32,000 nucleotides of DNA, taken from NCBI RefSeq assembly GCF_001598795.1, contig NZ_BCZP01000022.1:61096-93095 (forward strand), read 5' to 3'. The position numbers were made by a program, and so were the translations under genes. The DNA is from Delftia acidovorans NBRC 14950. Its GTDB lineage: Bacteria > Pseudomonadota > Gammaproteobacteria > Burkholderiales > Burkholderiaceae_C. Below the pieces are notes generated by a model. The model did no database searches and was not told where the DNA came from. It saw nothing but the letters and a program-made list of their open reading frames with translations. Positions 7,962 to 16,385 of the stretch are shown here, in pieces (the stretch's first letter is position 1; each line of letters opens with the position of its first letter).

Positions 7962-9437
7962 TCAGGCGCTTGCGGGCTTGTCCTGGTCCTTGGGCGGTGC
8001 AGCCGGCTCTGCGGCGCTGGCGGGTGCGCTGGCGGGCTCCGGTTCCGGCGCGGCGGCCGGTGCTGGTACGGGCTCAGGTACGGGCTCAGGTGCTGGCTCA
8101 GTTGCAGGTGCAGGCTCGGGAGCAGGTGCAGGCACCAGACTCAGCATGTGCTGGGCCAGCGTCTCGTACAGCGGCCGGGCCAGCATGCGCGAGACCAGGC
8201 TGGCCAGCATGGCAGCGGCCATGAGGCTGAGCACCATGGAGTGGCCGTCCACCATCTCCATCACGATGATGAAGGCCGTCAGCGGCGCCTGCGTGACGGC
8301 GGCCAGGAAGGCGGCCATGCCCATGGCGATGAGGGCGGGCGCGATGTCTGCGCCCATGAGGCCGGCCACGTTGTGGCCCACGCCCGCGCCAATCGACAGC
8401 GAGGGCGCGAAGATGCCGCCCGGCACGCCCACCCAGGCCGACAGCCAGGTGGCGATGAACTTCAGGGTGACGTAGAACGAGGGCACGTCGGCCTGGCCCG
8501 CCAGCATGTGCTTGACGGCCTCCGAGCCCGCGCCGAAGGTGGCGCCGCCCGTGACCATGCCGATGACGGCAATCACCAGCGCGATCGCCGCCGCGAAGCG
8601 GATGGGTAAGCGCGCACGCAGCTGGTTGAGCCGCTCGGGCGTGCGGGTCAGCGAGGCGGCCAGCAGCTTGGCGAACAGGCCTCCCAGCACGCCGCAGGCC
8701 AGGGTCACGCACAGGCCGGGCAGCAGCGCGTCCCAGGTCAGGTGGGGCACCTGGATGCGCCCGAAATAACTGAGGTTGCCAAAGGCCGACACGCCCATCA
8801 GGCCGGCCAGCACGATGGCCGCGATGATCAGGCCGCTGGAGCGCGACTCCAGCTTGCGCGACAGCTCCTCGATGGCGAAGACCACGCCCGCCAGCGGCGC
8901 GTTGAAGGCCGCCGCAATGCCGGCCGCGCCGCCAGCCACCAGCAGCGCATGGTGGCTGATGCCCGAATGCGGCCCGAACCAGCGCCGCGCATGGTGCATG
9001 ACACCGGCGGCCACCTGCACCGAAGGCCCCTCGCGCCCGATCGACAGCCCCGCCGCAAAGCCCGCGCTGGCCAGGGCCATCTTGGCGAAGGACAGCCACA
9101 GCGACACGAAGCGCCCGCGCTGCGCGGGGTCCAGCGCCGGGTCCAGCGTGGCGATCACCTGCGGAATGCCCGACCCCGCCGCGCCCGGCGCCCAGCGCCG
9201 CGTGAGCCACACGGCGCCCGCCGTGACGGCAGGCATCCACAGCAGAACGGCCCAGCCGCCCTGCCAGTGGTAGATGCTCTCGAAGAGTTCAAAGCCCGCG
9301 TCGGCCATCAGCGTGAAGGCCACCACGCACAGCCCGGCGGCGGCCGCATAGGCCAGCACGATGGTGCGGTCCAGCCAGCGCCTGCCGTCCCGGAATTCCT
9401 GGTTCAGGTTGTGGAGGAAGTCGGGTTCTTGCTGCAT
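7962..9437 (-). CDS. ClC family voltage-gated chloride channel / H+-Cl- antiporter with Pro/Ala/Glu-rich C-terminal tail
   Basis: 491 aa with canonical ClC selectivity motifs GSGIPQV, GREGPSVQ and GGIFAPSL. It ends in an approximately 59-aa low-complexity PAPEP tail. Confidence 0.92.
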   Translation of the reverse strand: MQQEPDFLHNLNQEFRDGRRWLDRTIVLAYAAAAGLCVVAFTLMADAGFELFESIYHWQGGWAVLLWMPAVTAGAVWLTRRWAPGAAGSGIPQVIATLDPALDPAQRGRFVSLWLSFAKMALASAGFAAGLSIGREGPSVQVAAGVMHHARRWFGPHSGISHHALLVAGGAAGIAAAFNAPLAGVVFAIEELSRKLESRSSGLIIAAIVLAGLMGVSAFGNLSYFGRIQVPHLTWDALLPGLCVTLACGVLGGLFAKLLAASLTRTPERLNQLRARLPIRFAAAIALVIAVIGMVTGGATFGAGSEAVKHMLAGQADVPSFYVTLKFIATWLSAWVGVPGGIFAPSLSIGAGVGHNVAGLMGADIAPALIAMGMAAFLAAVTQAPLTAFIIVMEMVDGHSMVLSLMAAAMLASLVSRMLARPLYETLAQHMLSLVPAPAPEPAPATEPAPEPVPEPVPAPAAAPEPEPASAPASAAEPAAPPKDQDKPASA

Positions 9438-9678
9438 CGCGTGAAGAGGCTGGGCGAAAGCTCTTCATTGTGCACAAGCCCGGCCACAGGGGCTGTGGCC
9501 AGCGGCAATGCCTACTTCACCGCTGCGTTGATGGCCGATGACTGCGTACCTGGAGAGCCGTCCGTCCGTCAGGCATTCCACCGCCCGGGCATGAGCACCC
9601 TGGCAACCCGTGCCTTACGCCACTCAATGACGGCACGTTTGCGCAGCTCTCGCCCGCGCCGGCGCGAACCTGTCGCTG

Positions 9679-9716
9679 ACCTGCAGCGCGCTGCGGTGCC
9701 GATCATGCCTGCAGGT
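9679..9716. terminator. Inverted repeat directly after the cupin stop codon; weak terminator candidate
   Basis: acctgcag (9679-9686) and ctgcaggt (9709-9716) are perfect complements. The nested palindrome gcagcgcgctgc sits at 9683-9694. There is no U-tract. Confidence 0.25.
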
Positions 9717-10046
9717 TCAGTCCACCACGAAGAGCCTGGCGCCCTTGGGCGAGCGCGAGCGGTGCGGCTCGGCGTTGTCCGCCACCTGGTAGCTCATGCC
9801 GGGCGTCAGCGTGAAGCGGCGGCCGTCCGCCAGCTCGGTCTCCAGCTCGCCTTCCAGGCACAGCAGCACATGGCCCTTGGTGCACCAGTGGTCGGAGACA
9901 TAGCCGGGCGTGTACTCCACCGTGCGCACGCGGATGTTGCCGAAGTTCTGTGTGCGCCAGAACGCCTGGCCGGCCTCGGCCGAATGCTCGGTGGGCGCCA
10001 CGGCGGCCCAGTCGGTGGTGTTGAAGGGGATGTTGTCCATCTGCAT
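9717..10046 (-). CDS. Cupin-fold protein (DHCW-motif type)
   Basis: 109 aa containing VSDHWCTKGHVLLCLEGELETELADG, a cupin beta-barrel signature with the DHW/C motif. It is co-oriented with cobF and lies 63 nt downstream of it. Confidence 0.78.
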   Translation of the reverse strand: MQMDNIPFNTTDWAAVAPTEHSAEAGQAFWRTQNFGNIRVRTVEYTPGYVSDHWCTKGHVLLCLEGELETELADGRRFTLTPGMSYQVADNAEPHRSRSPKGARLFVVD

Positions 10047-10109
10047 GGCGGGATTCCTTGATGAAGGGGGTGTACAGCGTGGGGGCCGGCGTCGGCAGCA
10101 GCCTCGGCC

Positions 10110-10907
10110 TCAGCCGCCGCGCCGCAGCAGGTAGATATCCATGATCCAGCCATGCCGCTCGCGCGCTGCGGCGCGGGCCTGCACGATGCGGGGGGCGGCC
10201 TCGGCCAGCGGGCCGCTGTCCAGCATCTGGCGGTCCATGCCCAGGTAGGCGCCCCACCAGATGTGCAGGCCATGGGAGGGCAGCTCGGTGAAGCTGCACT
10301 GTCCGTCCAGCATCACCACAGCCGTGTCCACGCCGGGCGGCCAGCCCTGCTCGCGCAGCTGGCGGCCCGTGGTCACCACGAAGGGCTGGCCTATGCCGTT
10401 GAGCGCAATCGCATGCGCGGCGCACAGCACCTGCATGGAGCTGATGCCCGCCACCACGCGCACGCTGTGCGGCGCCGGCTGCATGCGCGCGGCAATGCGC
10501 AGGGTGCTGTCGTACAGCGCCGGGTCCCCCCAGACCAGCAGGGCGACCTGCAAGGGCTGGCCGGGGGTGCGCGGCTGCAGCCCCTCGTCCAGGGACCGGG
10601 CGATGGCCGCCTGCCAGCAGCGCGTGATGGCCGCATGCCATTCATCGACCTGGGCCAGGTAGTCGTCGCCCACGCTGCGGCGCACGGGCATGTCGAAGCC
10701 TTCGATGCGCGGGCCGGGCGCAGTGAGCACGGCATCGCACAGGTCGCGGCGCAGGGCGGCGAGTTCGGCCTTGTCCTCGCCCTTGTGCGGCAGCAGGATC
10801 AGGTCGGCGGCCTGCATGGCGGCCTGGGCTTCGCGCGTGAGGTGGTCGGGGTTGCCCGTGCCGATGCCGATCAGGCTCAGCGCCACGGGCGGCAGGGCCG
10901 CGCTCAT
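10110..10907 (-). CDS. cobF: Precorrin-6A synthase (deacetylating)
   Basis: 265 aa. The [12 protein letters not shown]-terminus, [11 protein letters not shown] and the C-terminal [13 protein letters not shown] closely match my memory of Pseudomonas denitrificans CobF. Confidence 0.88.
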   Translation of the reverse strand: MSAALPPVALSLIGIGTGNPDHLTREAQAAMQAADLILLPHKGEDKAELAALRRDLCDAVLTAPGPRIEGFDMPVRRSVGDDYLAQVDEWHAAITRCWQAAIARSLDEGLQPRTPGQPLQVALLVWGDPALYDSTLRIAARMQPAPHSVRVVAGISSMQVLCAAHAIALNGIGQPFVVTTGRQLREQGWPPGVDTAVVMLDGQCSFTELPSHGLHIWWGAYLGMDRQMLDSGPLAEAAPRIVQARAAARERHGWIMDIYLLRRGG

Positions 10908-11758
10908 GGGGCGGAGTTCCCCAGGGGCACATCCCTCACGGTATCCCTCGCGGTATCCAGCGCGGCGCCGCCGCGCACGTCGGTGGCGGGAAAGCGCGGC
11001 TCGGTGCCCAGCGGGCGGTAGCGGCGGTCGTAGTCGGCCGCGTAGAGGCGGCTTTCGCCGAAGTCCTCGGCCTGCAGGCTGCGGCCCACCAGGATCAGTG
11101 CCGTGCGCTCCATATGGGTGGCCACGGCCTCGGTCAGGCTGCCCACCGTGGTGCGCACCACGGTTTCGTCAGGCCAGCTGGCGCGCCAGACGATGGCCAC
11201 GGGGCAGTCGGCGCCGTAGTGCGGCAGCAGCTCGGACTGCACCTTGGCGGCCACATGGATGGACAGATGGATGGCCAGCACGGCGCCCGTGGCAGCGAAG
11301 GCGGCCAGGTTCTCGCCCTCGGGCATGGCCGTGGCGCGGCCCGAGGTGCGTGTCAGCACCACGGACTGGCACAGGCCGGGCAGGGTCAGCTCCGCGCCCA
11401 GCGTGGCGGCAGCGGCCGCGAACGAGGGCACGCCCGGCGTGACGGTGTAGGCAATGCCGGCCTCGCGCAGGCGGCGCAGTTGCTCGCCCATGGCCGACCA
11501 GACGGACAGGTCGCCCGAGTGCAGGCGCGCCACGTCTTCGCCACGCGCCTCGGCGGCCTGGATCTCGGCCACGATGTCGTCCAGGCTCATGGATGCGGTG
11601 TTGACGATGCGCGCGCCCGGCGGGCAGTGCGCCAGCAGCTCGCGCGGTATCAGCGAGCCCGCGTACAGGCAAACCGGGCAGGCCGCCATGAGGTCGCGCC
11701 CGCGCACGGTGATCAGGTCGGCGGCGCCGGGGCCGGCGCCGATGAAATGCACGGTCAT
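10904..11758 (-). CDS. cobM: Precorrin-4 C11-methyltransferase
   Basis: The tracked ORF 10904-12163 has a junk N-terminal extension. The real start is [20 protein letters not shown] at 11758. It has class III tetrapyrrole methylase motifs ([17 protein letters not shown]). A 4-nt overlap with the cobF start suggests translational coupling. Confidence 0.92.
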   Translation of the reverse strand: MTVHFIGAGPGAADLITVRGRDLMAACPVCLYAGSLIPRELLAHCPPGARIVNTASMSLDDIVAEIQAAEARGEDVARLHSGDLSVWSAMGEQLRRLREAGIAYTVTPGVPSFAAAAATLGAELTLPGLCQSVVLTRTSGRATAMPEGENLAAFAATGAVLAIHLSIHVAAKVQSELLPHYGADCPVAIVWRASWPDETVVRTTVGSLTEAVATHMERTALILVGRSLQAEDFGESRLYAADYDRRYRPLGTEPRFPATDVRGGAALDTARDTVRDVPLGNSAP

Positions 11759-12267
11759 GCCGTTGCTCCTTGTTTCTTGGCCTGGCTGGCGTGGGCCAGG
11801 CAACAGTTCAGAGGTCCGCCCTGGCCCACGGCCAGGGCCAGGGTGGCGCTGCCATCGTCCGCCACCAGGCGGGTCACGCTCAGGGCGGAGTGCGGGCCTG
11901 CGGCGGCCAGCGCCGCCGCCTCGGCCACGCTGCCCGTGCCATAGCGCGCCAGCATGCGCGGCGACTGCGTGACCACGGGCTGCCCAGGCAGTTGCCCTGG
12001 CGGCACGCGCACCAGAACGGCCGTGGGCACGACAGCCGCCATCCAGGCGGCCAGCGCCGGGTGGCCGGCCTTGGTGTCCAGCACAGCCACGGCGCAGATG
12101 GGCTGGGGCGCGCAGGCGCTTGCGTCTGCGCTTTCCGGCAGGAGCGCCTGCGCCCGCTGCCACAGCGCCTGCAGCGCATGGGGCAGTGCGTCGGTGTGCA
12201 GGCCCAGGCCCAGCACGCCGCAGCGGTGGGGGATGGTTTCGTCCGGGTTCACCGCTGCCAGCTCCAC
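11755..12267 (-). CDS. cobE: Cobalamin biosynthesis protein CobE (CbiG C-terminal-domain-like)
   Basis: 170 aa between cobL and cobM. The segment [26 protein letters not shown]...[10 protein letters not shown] resembles the CbiG_C/CobE domain. It overlaps the cobM start by 4 nt. The start codon is less certain. Confidence 0.68.
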   Translation of the reverse strand: MELAAVNPDETIPHRCGVLGLGLHTDALPHALQALWQRAQALLPESADASACAPQPICAVAVLDTKAGHPALAAWMAAVVPTAVLVRVPPGQLPGQPVVTQSPRMLARYGTGSVAEAAALAAAGPHSALSVTRLVADDGSATLALAVGQGGPLNCCLAHASQAKKQGATA

Positions 12268-13451
12268 TGCACCAGCGGCCGCGCAGCCTTCCAGCTGCGC
12301 ATGCGGCCCAGCGGCTCGGCGCTGGAGATCTCCAGCCGCAGCAGCTGGCCGCCGTGCTGGGCCTGCAGTTGCACCAGCAGGGCCTCGGTCTCCAGCGTCA
12401 CGGCATTGACCACCAGGCGGCAGCCTGCGGGCATGAGGGCCTGCAGGCGCTCGAACAATTCGGCGTCAAAGCCGCCGCCCACGAACACGGCCTGGGGCCG
12501 GGCCAGCACCTGCAGTTCGGCCAGCGCCTCGGGCGCCACGCCCTGCACCACGCGCAGGCGCGCCTGCAGGCCGAAGCGCCGGGCGTTGAGGCGGATGTTG
12601 TCCGCACGCGCCGCATGCTGCTCCAGGCTGATGGCCGATCCGCCCGCCAGGCACCACTCAACGGCCACCGAGCCCGAGCCGCCGCCCACATCCCACAGGC
12701 ATTCGCCGTGGCGCGGCGACAGGGCCGCCAGGGTCAGCGCGCGGGCCGGGGCCTTGGTGATCTGGCCGTCGTTGGCGTACCAGTGGTTGGGCCGGCCCGG
12801 CACCAGCGGCAGGGCCGCGCCGCCCTGGGCGAGCACGGCCACGGCCACGGGCGCGCATGCAGGGTCGGCGGCCAGGGCCTGGGCGGCTTCGGCGGCGCGC
12901 CATGCGCGGCGGCGCTCGCGCGGGCCGCCCACGGATTCCATGACCTGAAGGCAGCTGTCGCCCCAGCCTTCCTGCACCAGCCAGTCCGCCAATGCGGCCA
13001 CGGCGGCGCCATCGCGCAGCAGCACCAGCGACTGGCGGCCTGGCGACAGGTGCGGCAGCAGCTGCTCCACGTGGCCGGCGTGCAGGCCCAGGCAGACCGT
13101 GTCTTCCAGCTTCCAGCCCAGGCGGGACGCCAGCAGCGAAAATGTCGAGGGTTGGGCGTGGCAGCGCCACTCCTGCGGCGCCAGATGCGCCGCCAGGCTG
13201 CCGCCCGCCCCGAACCAGAACGGATCGCCCGACGCCAGCACCACCGTGGGCCGGCCACGGCAAGCCAGCACGGGCGCCACGTCAAAGGGCACGGGCCAGG
13301 GACGGCCCCGCTCGCCGGCACCGGCCAGCGCCAGGTGGCGCGGCCCGCCAAAAACGGTCTCGGCCGCGTCCAGCGCGCGCAGCGCGGCGGGCGAGAGGCC
13401 GTCCAGGCCGTCTTCGTTCAGGCCCACCAATGTCAACCAGGGATCAGTCAT
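12249..13451 (-). CDS. cobL: Precorrin-6Y C5,15-methyltransferase (decarboxylating), fused CbiE/CbiT type
   Basis: The real start is [20 protein letters not shown] at 13451; the upstream part of ORF 12249-13859 is antisense junk. It has an N-terminal tetrapyrrole methylase domain and a C-terminal SAM-methyltransferase domain ([15 protein letters not shown]). Confidence 0.9.
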   Translation of the reverse strand: MTDPWLTLVGLNEDGLDGLSPAALRALDAAETVFGGPRHLALAGAGERGRPWPVPFDVAPVLACRGRPTVVLASGDPFWFGAGGSLAAHLAPQEWRCHAQPSTFSLLASRLGWKLEDTVCLGLHAGHVEQLLPHLSPGRQSLVLLRDGAAVAALADWLVQEGWGDSCLQVMESVGGPRERRRAWRAAEAAQALAADPACAPVAVAVLAQGGAALPLVPGRPNHWYANDGQITKAPARALTLAALSPRHGECLWDVGGGSGSVAVEWCLAGGSAISLEQHAARADNIRLNARRFGLQARLRVVQGVAPEALAELQVLARPQAVFVGGGFDAELFERLQALMPAGCRLVVNAVTLETEALLVQLQAQHGGQLLRLEISSAEPLGRMRSWKAARPLVQWSWQR

Positions 13452-14235
13452 GCCCCATGTTCTCCTGCTGGGCGGCACCAGCGGCGCCAGCCAGCTGGCC
13501 CAGGCCCTGCACCGCGCCGGCATTGCCGCCGTGTTCTCGTATGCGGGCGTCACGCAGTCGCCCGTGGCCCAGCCCCTGCCCACCCGCGTGGGAGGCTTTG
13601 GCGGTGCCCAGGGCCTGGCGCAATTCCTGCGCGGGCAGGCCATCAGCCATGTGGTCGATGCCACCCACCCGTTTGCCGCACAGATGAGCCGCAATGCCTG
13701 CGAGGCCTGCGCCGCCACCGGCATGCCGCTGCTGGCGCTGGAGCGCGAGCCCTGGCAGGCCAGTGCCGGCGACGCCTGGATCGACGTGCCCGACATGCAA
13801 GCCGCCGCTGCCGCCCTGCCCCAGGCAGCCGCCCGGGTGTTTCTGGCCGTGGGCCGCAAGCAGCTTGCGGCCTTTGCGGGCCAGCCGCAGCACCACTACC
13901 TGCTGCGCCTGGTCGATGCGCCCGAGCCCGGCAGCCTGCCCCTGCCCCACACCACGGTGGTGCTGGGGCGCGGGCCTTTCAGCGCGGACGACGATGAAGC
14001 CTTGTTGCGCACGCACGGCATCGAATGGCTGGTGGCCAAGAACGCAGGCGGCGAGGCCACGCGCGGCAAGCTCGATGCCGCACGCGCCCTGGGCATGCCC
14101 GTGGTGATGGTGCAGCGCCCGGCGCTGCCGCAGCGCCAGCGCACCGGGTCGGTGGCTGCGGTGCTGCACTGGATTGCTCATGGCGTGCTGCCGACAGCGC
14201 CGACAGCACCGCCCGCGCCGCCATCCATGCCGTAG
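13450..14235 (+). CDS. cobK: Precorrin-6A reductase
   Basis: In-frame ATG at 13450 gives [20 protein letters not shown], the typical CobK N-terminus. HVVDATHPFA and LVAKNAGG motifs are present. It is the only plus-strand gene in the cob cluster. Confidence 0.88.
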   Translation: MPHVLLLGGTSGASQLAQALHRAGIAAVFSYAGVTQSPVAQPLPTRVGGFGGAQGLAQFLRGQAISHVVDATHPFAAQMSRNACEACAATGMPLLALEREPWQASAGDAWIDVPDMQAAAAALPQAAARVFLAVGRKQLAAFAGQPQHHYLLRLVDAPEPGSLPLPHTTVVLGRGPFSADDDEALLRTHGIEWLVAKNAGGEATRGKLDAARALGMPVVMVQRPALPQRQRTGSVAAVLHWIAHGVLPTAPTAPPAPPSMP

Positions 14236-15002
14236 TGGCGTGGCGTATAGACCCAGCGGCCCACGCGGCGCGTGGCGCTGTTGCCCACCAGGACTACGGT
14301 GCGCATGTCGGCCATCTCGGGCGTGGCCTCGGCCAGCGTGCATACGTGCAAGTGTTCCTCGGGCGTGGACACGGCGCGCGCAAACACCAGCAGGCGCTGC
14401 GGCTCGCAGCGGGTGCGCAGCAGCTGCAGCAGGCGCACAAAGCCTTCGGGCCGGCTCTTGGAGCGCGGGTTGTAGAAGGCCATGGCGAAGTCGGCCTCGG
14501 CCGCCAGTTCCACGCGCCGCGCGATCACCGGCCAGGGCTTGAGGTTGTCCGAGAGATTGATGCAGCAAAAGTCATGGCCCAGCGGCGCACCGGCCCGCGC
14601 GGCGGCGGCCAGCATGGCGGTGATGCCGGGCAGCACCTGGATATCGAGCGCCTGCCAGGCGGCGGCCTGCAACGCATCGGCAGATTCAATGGCCTCGAAC
14701 ACGGCCGACGCCATGGCGAACACGCCCGGGTCGCCCGAGGACACCACCACCACCTGCCGCCCCTGCGCGGCCAGCGCCAGCGCCTGGCGCGCGCGCTCCA
14801 GCTCCACACGGTTGTCCGAGGCATGCCAGGCCACGGCCTGGCCCTGACCCGCCTGCGCCAGCAGGGCCTGCGCGCGGGACACATAGGGCAGGTAGCCGAC
14901 CACATCGTCGGCCGCGAGCAAGGCGGCTGCGGCTTCGGGCGTGATCTGGTCCAGTGCGCCCGGGCCCAGCCCCACCACCGTCAGGCGGCCGGCGCTCACC
15001 AT
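14178..15002 (-). CDS. cobJ: Precorrin-3B C17-methyltransferase
   Basis: 274 aa with LTVVGLGPGALDQITPEA, VVSSGDPGVFAMAS, LPGITAM and FAMAFYNPRSKSRPEGF, matching the CobJ/CbiH family. Confidence 0.92.
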   Translation of the reverse strand: MVSAGRLTVVGLGPGALDQITPEAAAALLAADDVVGYLPYVSRAQALLAQAGQGQAVAWHASDNRVELERARQALALAAQGRQVVVVSSGDPGVFAMASAVFEAIESADALQAAAWQALDIQVLPGITAMLAAAARAGAPLGHDFCCINLSDNLKPWPVIARRVELAAEADFAMAFYNPRSKSRPEGFVRLLQLLRTRCEPQRLLVFARAVSTPEEHLHVCTLAEATPEMADMRTVVLVGNSATRRVGRWVYTPRHYGMDGGAGGAVGAVGSTP

Positions 15003-15766
15003 GCGGCCTCCGGCCGGCGGCCCTGGCCGTGCACGAGCACGATGGCGAAATAGGGGCAGGCGTCGTCGGACACATCGCCCAGGCGCGCGACCTGCTCGCT
15101 GTCCGTGGTGCCGTTCTGCACCAGCCAGGCGGCGTCAAGCCGGCCCGTGCGCTGCAGGGCGCGGCGGATGCGCGGCAGGTTGCGGCCGACCTTCATGACG
15201 ACCAGGGCCTCGGCCGTCTGCATGCGGCGCACCAGCTCGTCTTCCGACAGGGTGCCGGTCATCACGCTGAGCACATCGTCGCCCCAGGTGATGGGCTCGC
15301 CCGTGGCGTGCCAGCAGCCCACCATGCCGGGGATGCCGGGCACCACGTCCAGCGGCACCTGGCCGCGTTCGCGCAGCCGGGTGTACAGATGCATGAAGGA
15401 GCCGTAGAGGAAGGGGTCGCCCTCGCACAGCACCACCACCTGCTCGGTCTGCGCCAGCGCTTCCAGGCGCAGGCACCAGTCGTCGTAGAAGCGCGCCAGC
15501 AGGTCCACATAGGCGGGGCTGTCCACGGGCAGCTCGGTGGTCACCGGGTACTCCATGGCGTGCTCGGCAGCGCCTTGGGCCAGCAGGCCGTCCACCAGCT
15601 GGCGGGCCTTGCCGGGCCGGCCCTTCTTGCGGAAGAACGCCACCTGGCGGGCGCCGCGCACAAGGCGGTCGGCCTTGACGCTCATGAGTTCGGGGTCGCC
15701 CGGGCCCAGGCCCACGCAGACAATGCCGGGCCCGCCCTGGCTGGGACGCGGCTGCCTACTCGACAT
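14996..15766 (-). CDS. cobI: Precorrin-2 C20-methyltransferase
   Basis: 256 aa with VGLGPGDPELMSVKA, LCEGDPFLYGSF and VPGIPGM, matching the CobI/CbiL family. It overlaps the cobJ start by 7 nt. Confidence 0.92.
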   Translation of the reverse strand: MSSRQPRPSQGGPGIVCVGLGPGDPELMSVKADRLVRGARQVAFFRKKGRPGKARQLVDGLLAQGAAEHAMEYPVTTELPVDSPAYVDLLARFYDDWCLRLEALAQTEQVVVLCEGDPFLYGSFMHLYTRLRERGQVPLDVVPGIPGMVGCWHATGEPITWGDDVLSVMTGTLSEDELVRRMQTAEALVVMKVGRNLPRIRRALQRTGRLDAAWLVQNGTTDSEQVARLGDVSDDACPYFAIVLVHGQGRRPEAAW

Positions 15767-16385
15767 GGCTGGCCAGTGCGTTGATGGCGGCCACGGTGAT
15801 GGCCGAGCCGCCCAGGCGGCCGTGCACGGCCATGCAGGGAACGGGCAGGTCCTGCATCAGCGCCTGCTTGGATTCCATGGCGCCCACAAAGCCCACGGGG
15901 CAGCCGATGATGGCTGCCGGCCGGGGGCAGGCCGGGTCCTGCAGCATGTTGAGCAGGTGGAACAAGGCCGTGGGCGCATTGCCGATGGCCACCACGGCGC
16001 CGGCCAGGTGCGGGCGCCACAGCTCCAACGCGGCGGCGCTGCGCGTGTTGCCCATGTCACGGGCCAGCGCGGGCACGCGCTCGTCCGGCAGCGTGCAGAT
16101 GATGGGGTTGGCGGCGGGCAGGCGCGAGCGCGTGATGCCCTCGCTGACCATGCGCACGTCGCACAGCACGGGCGCGCCGTTTTGCAGGGCCTGCGCGGCG
16201 GCCTCGGCCATGCCGGGGGAGAAGGCCACGTGCGGGGCCAGCTCCACCAGGCCGGCGGCGTGGATCATGCGCACCACCACGCGTTCCTCGACAGGCGTGA
16301 AGCGTTCCAGCGCCGCCTCGCGGCGGATGGTGGCAAAGGACTGCCGGTAGATCTCGGCGCCATCGGTTTCGTAGCGGTGCAGCAT
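15756..16385 (-). CDS. cobH: Precorrin-8X methylmutase
   Basis: 209 aa with YETDGAEIYRQSFATIR, VVVRMIHA, AIGNAPTALF and GFVGAMESK, matching the CobH/CbiC family. Confidence 0.93.
   Translation of the reverse strand: MLHRYETDGAEIYRQSFATIRREAALERFTPVEERVVVRMIHAAGLVELAPHVAFSPGMAEAAAQALQNGAPVLCDVRMVSEGITRSRLPAANPIICTLPDERVPALARDMGNTRSAAALELWRPHLAGAVVAIGNAPTALFHLLNMLQDPACPRPAAIIGCPVGFVGAMESKQALMQDLPVPCMAVHGRLGGSAITVAAINALASHVE

Noticed and set aside
7965-8141. Short periodic DNA repeats that could have been mistaken for a CRISPR-like or minisatellite array
   Set aside because: The units are 12 nt long, contiguous without spacers, and lie in frame inside the ClC coding sequence, where they encode a PAPEP tail. 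This is not a CRISPR array.
9601-9614. Sigma-54-like TGGCAA-N-TGC element
   Set aside because: The GG-to-GC spacing is 10 nt rather than 12. It lies on the plus strand and points at no plus-strand gene.
9438-9716. Possible fluoride (crcB-motif) riboswitch in the 279-nt region upstream of the ClC gene
   Set aside because: The only GATGGCCGATGA...GCGTAC-like resemblance is on the plus strand, the wrong strand for the minus-strand ClC gene. The minus-strand leader lacks the conserved core. The channel carries the chloride-type GSGIP and GREGP motifs rather than fluoride-clade signatures. An 8-bp hairpin at 9482-9500 is present but is not diagnostic.
11759-12163. N-terminal extensions of several tracked ORFs: 10904-12163, 12249-13859, 13099-14235, 16385-17761, 3446-4372, 4775-7156 and 17790-19670
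   Set aside because: In each case an internal ATG gives the canonical family N-terminus or a signal peptide. The upstream extension overlaps a neighbouring supported gene or translates as low-complexity sequence.
12120-13997. 625-aa plus-strand ORF across cobE, cobL and cobK
   Set aside because: It is antisense to cobL and out of frame with cobK. The translation is Arg/Ala/Gly/Pro-rich and motif-free.
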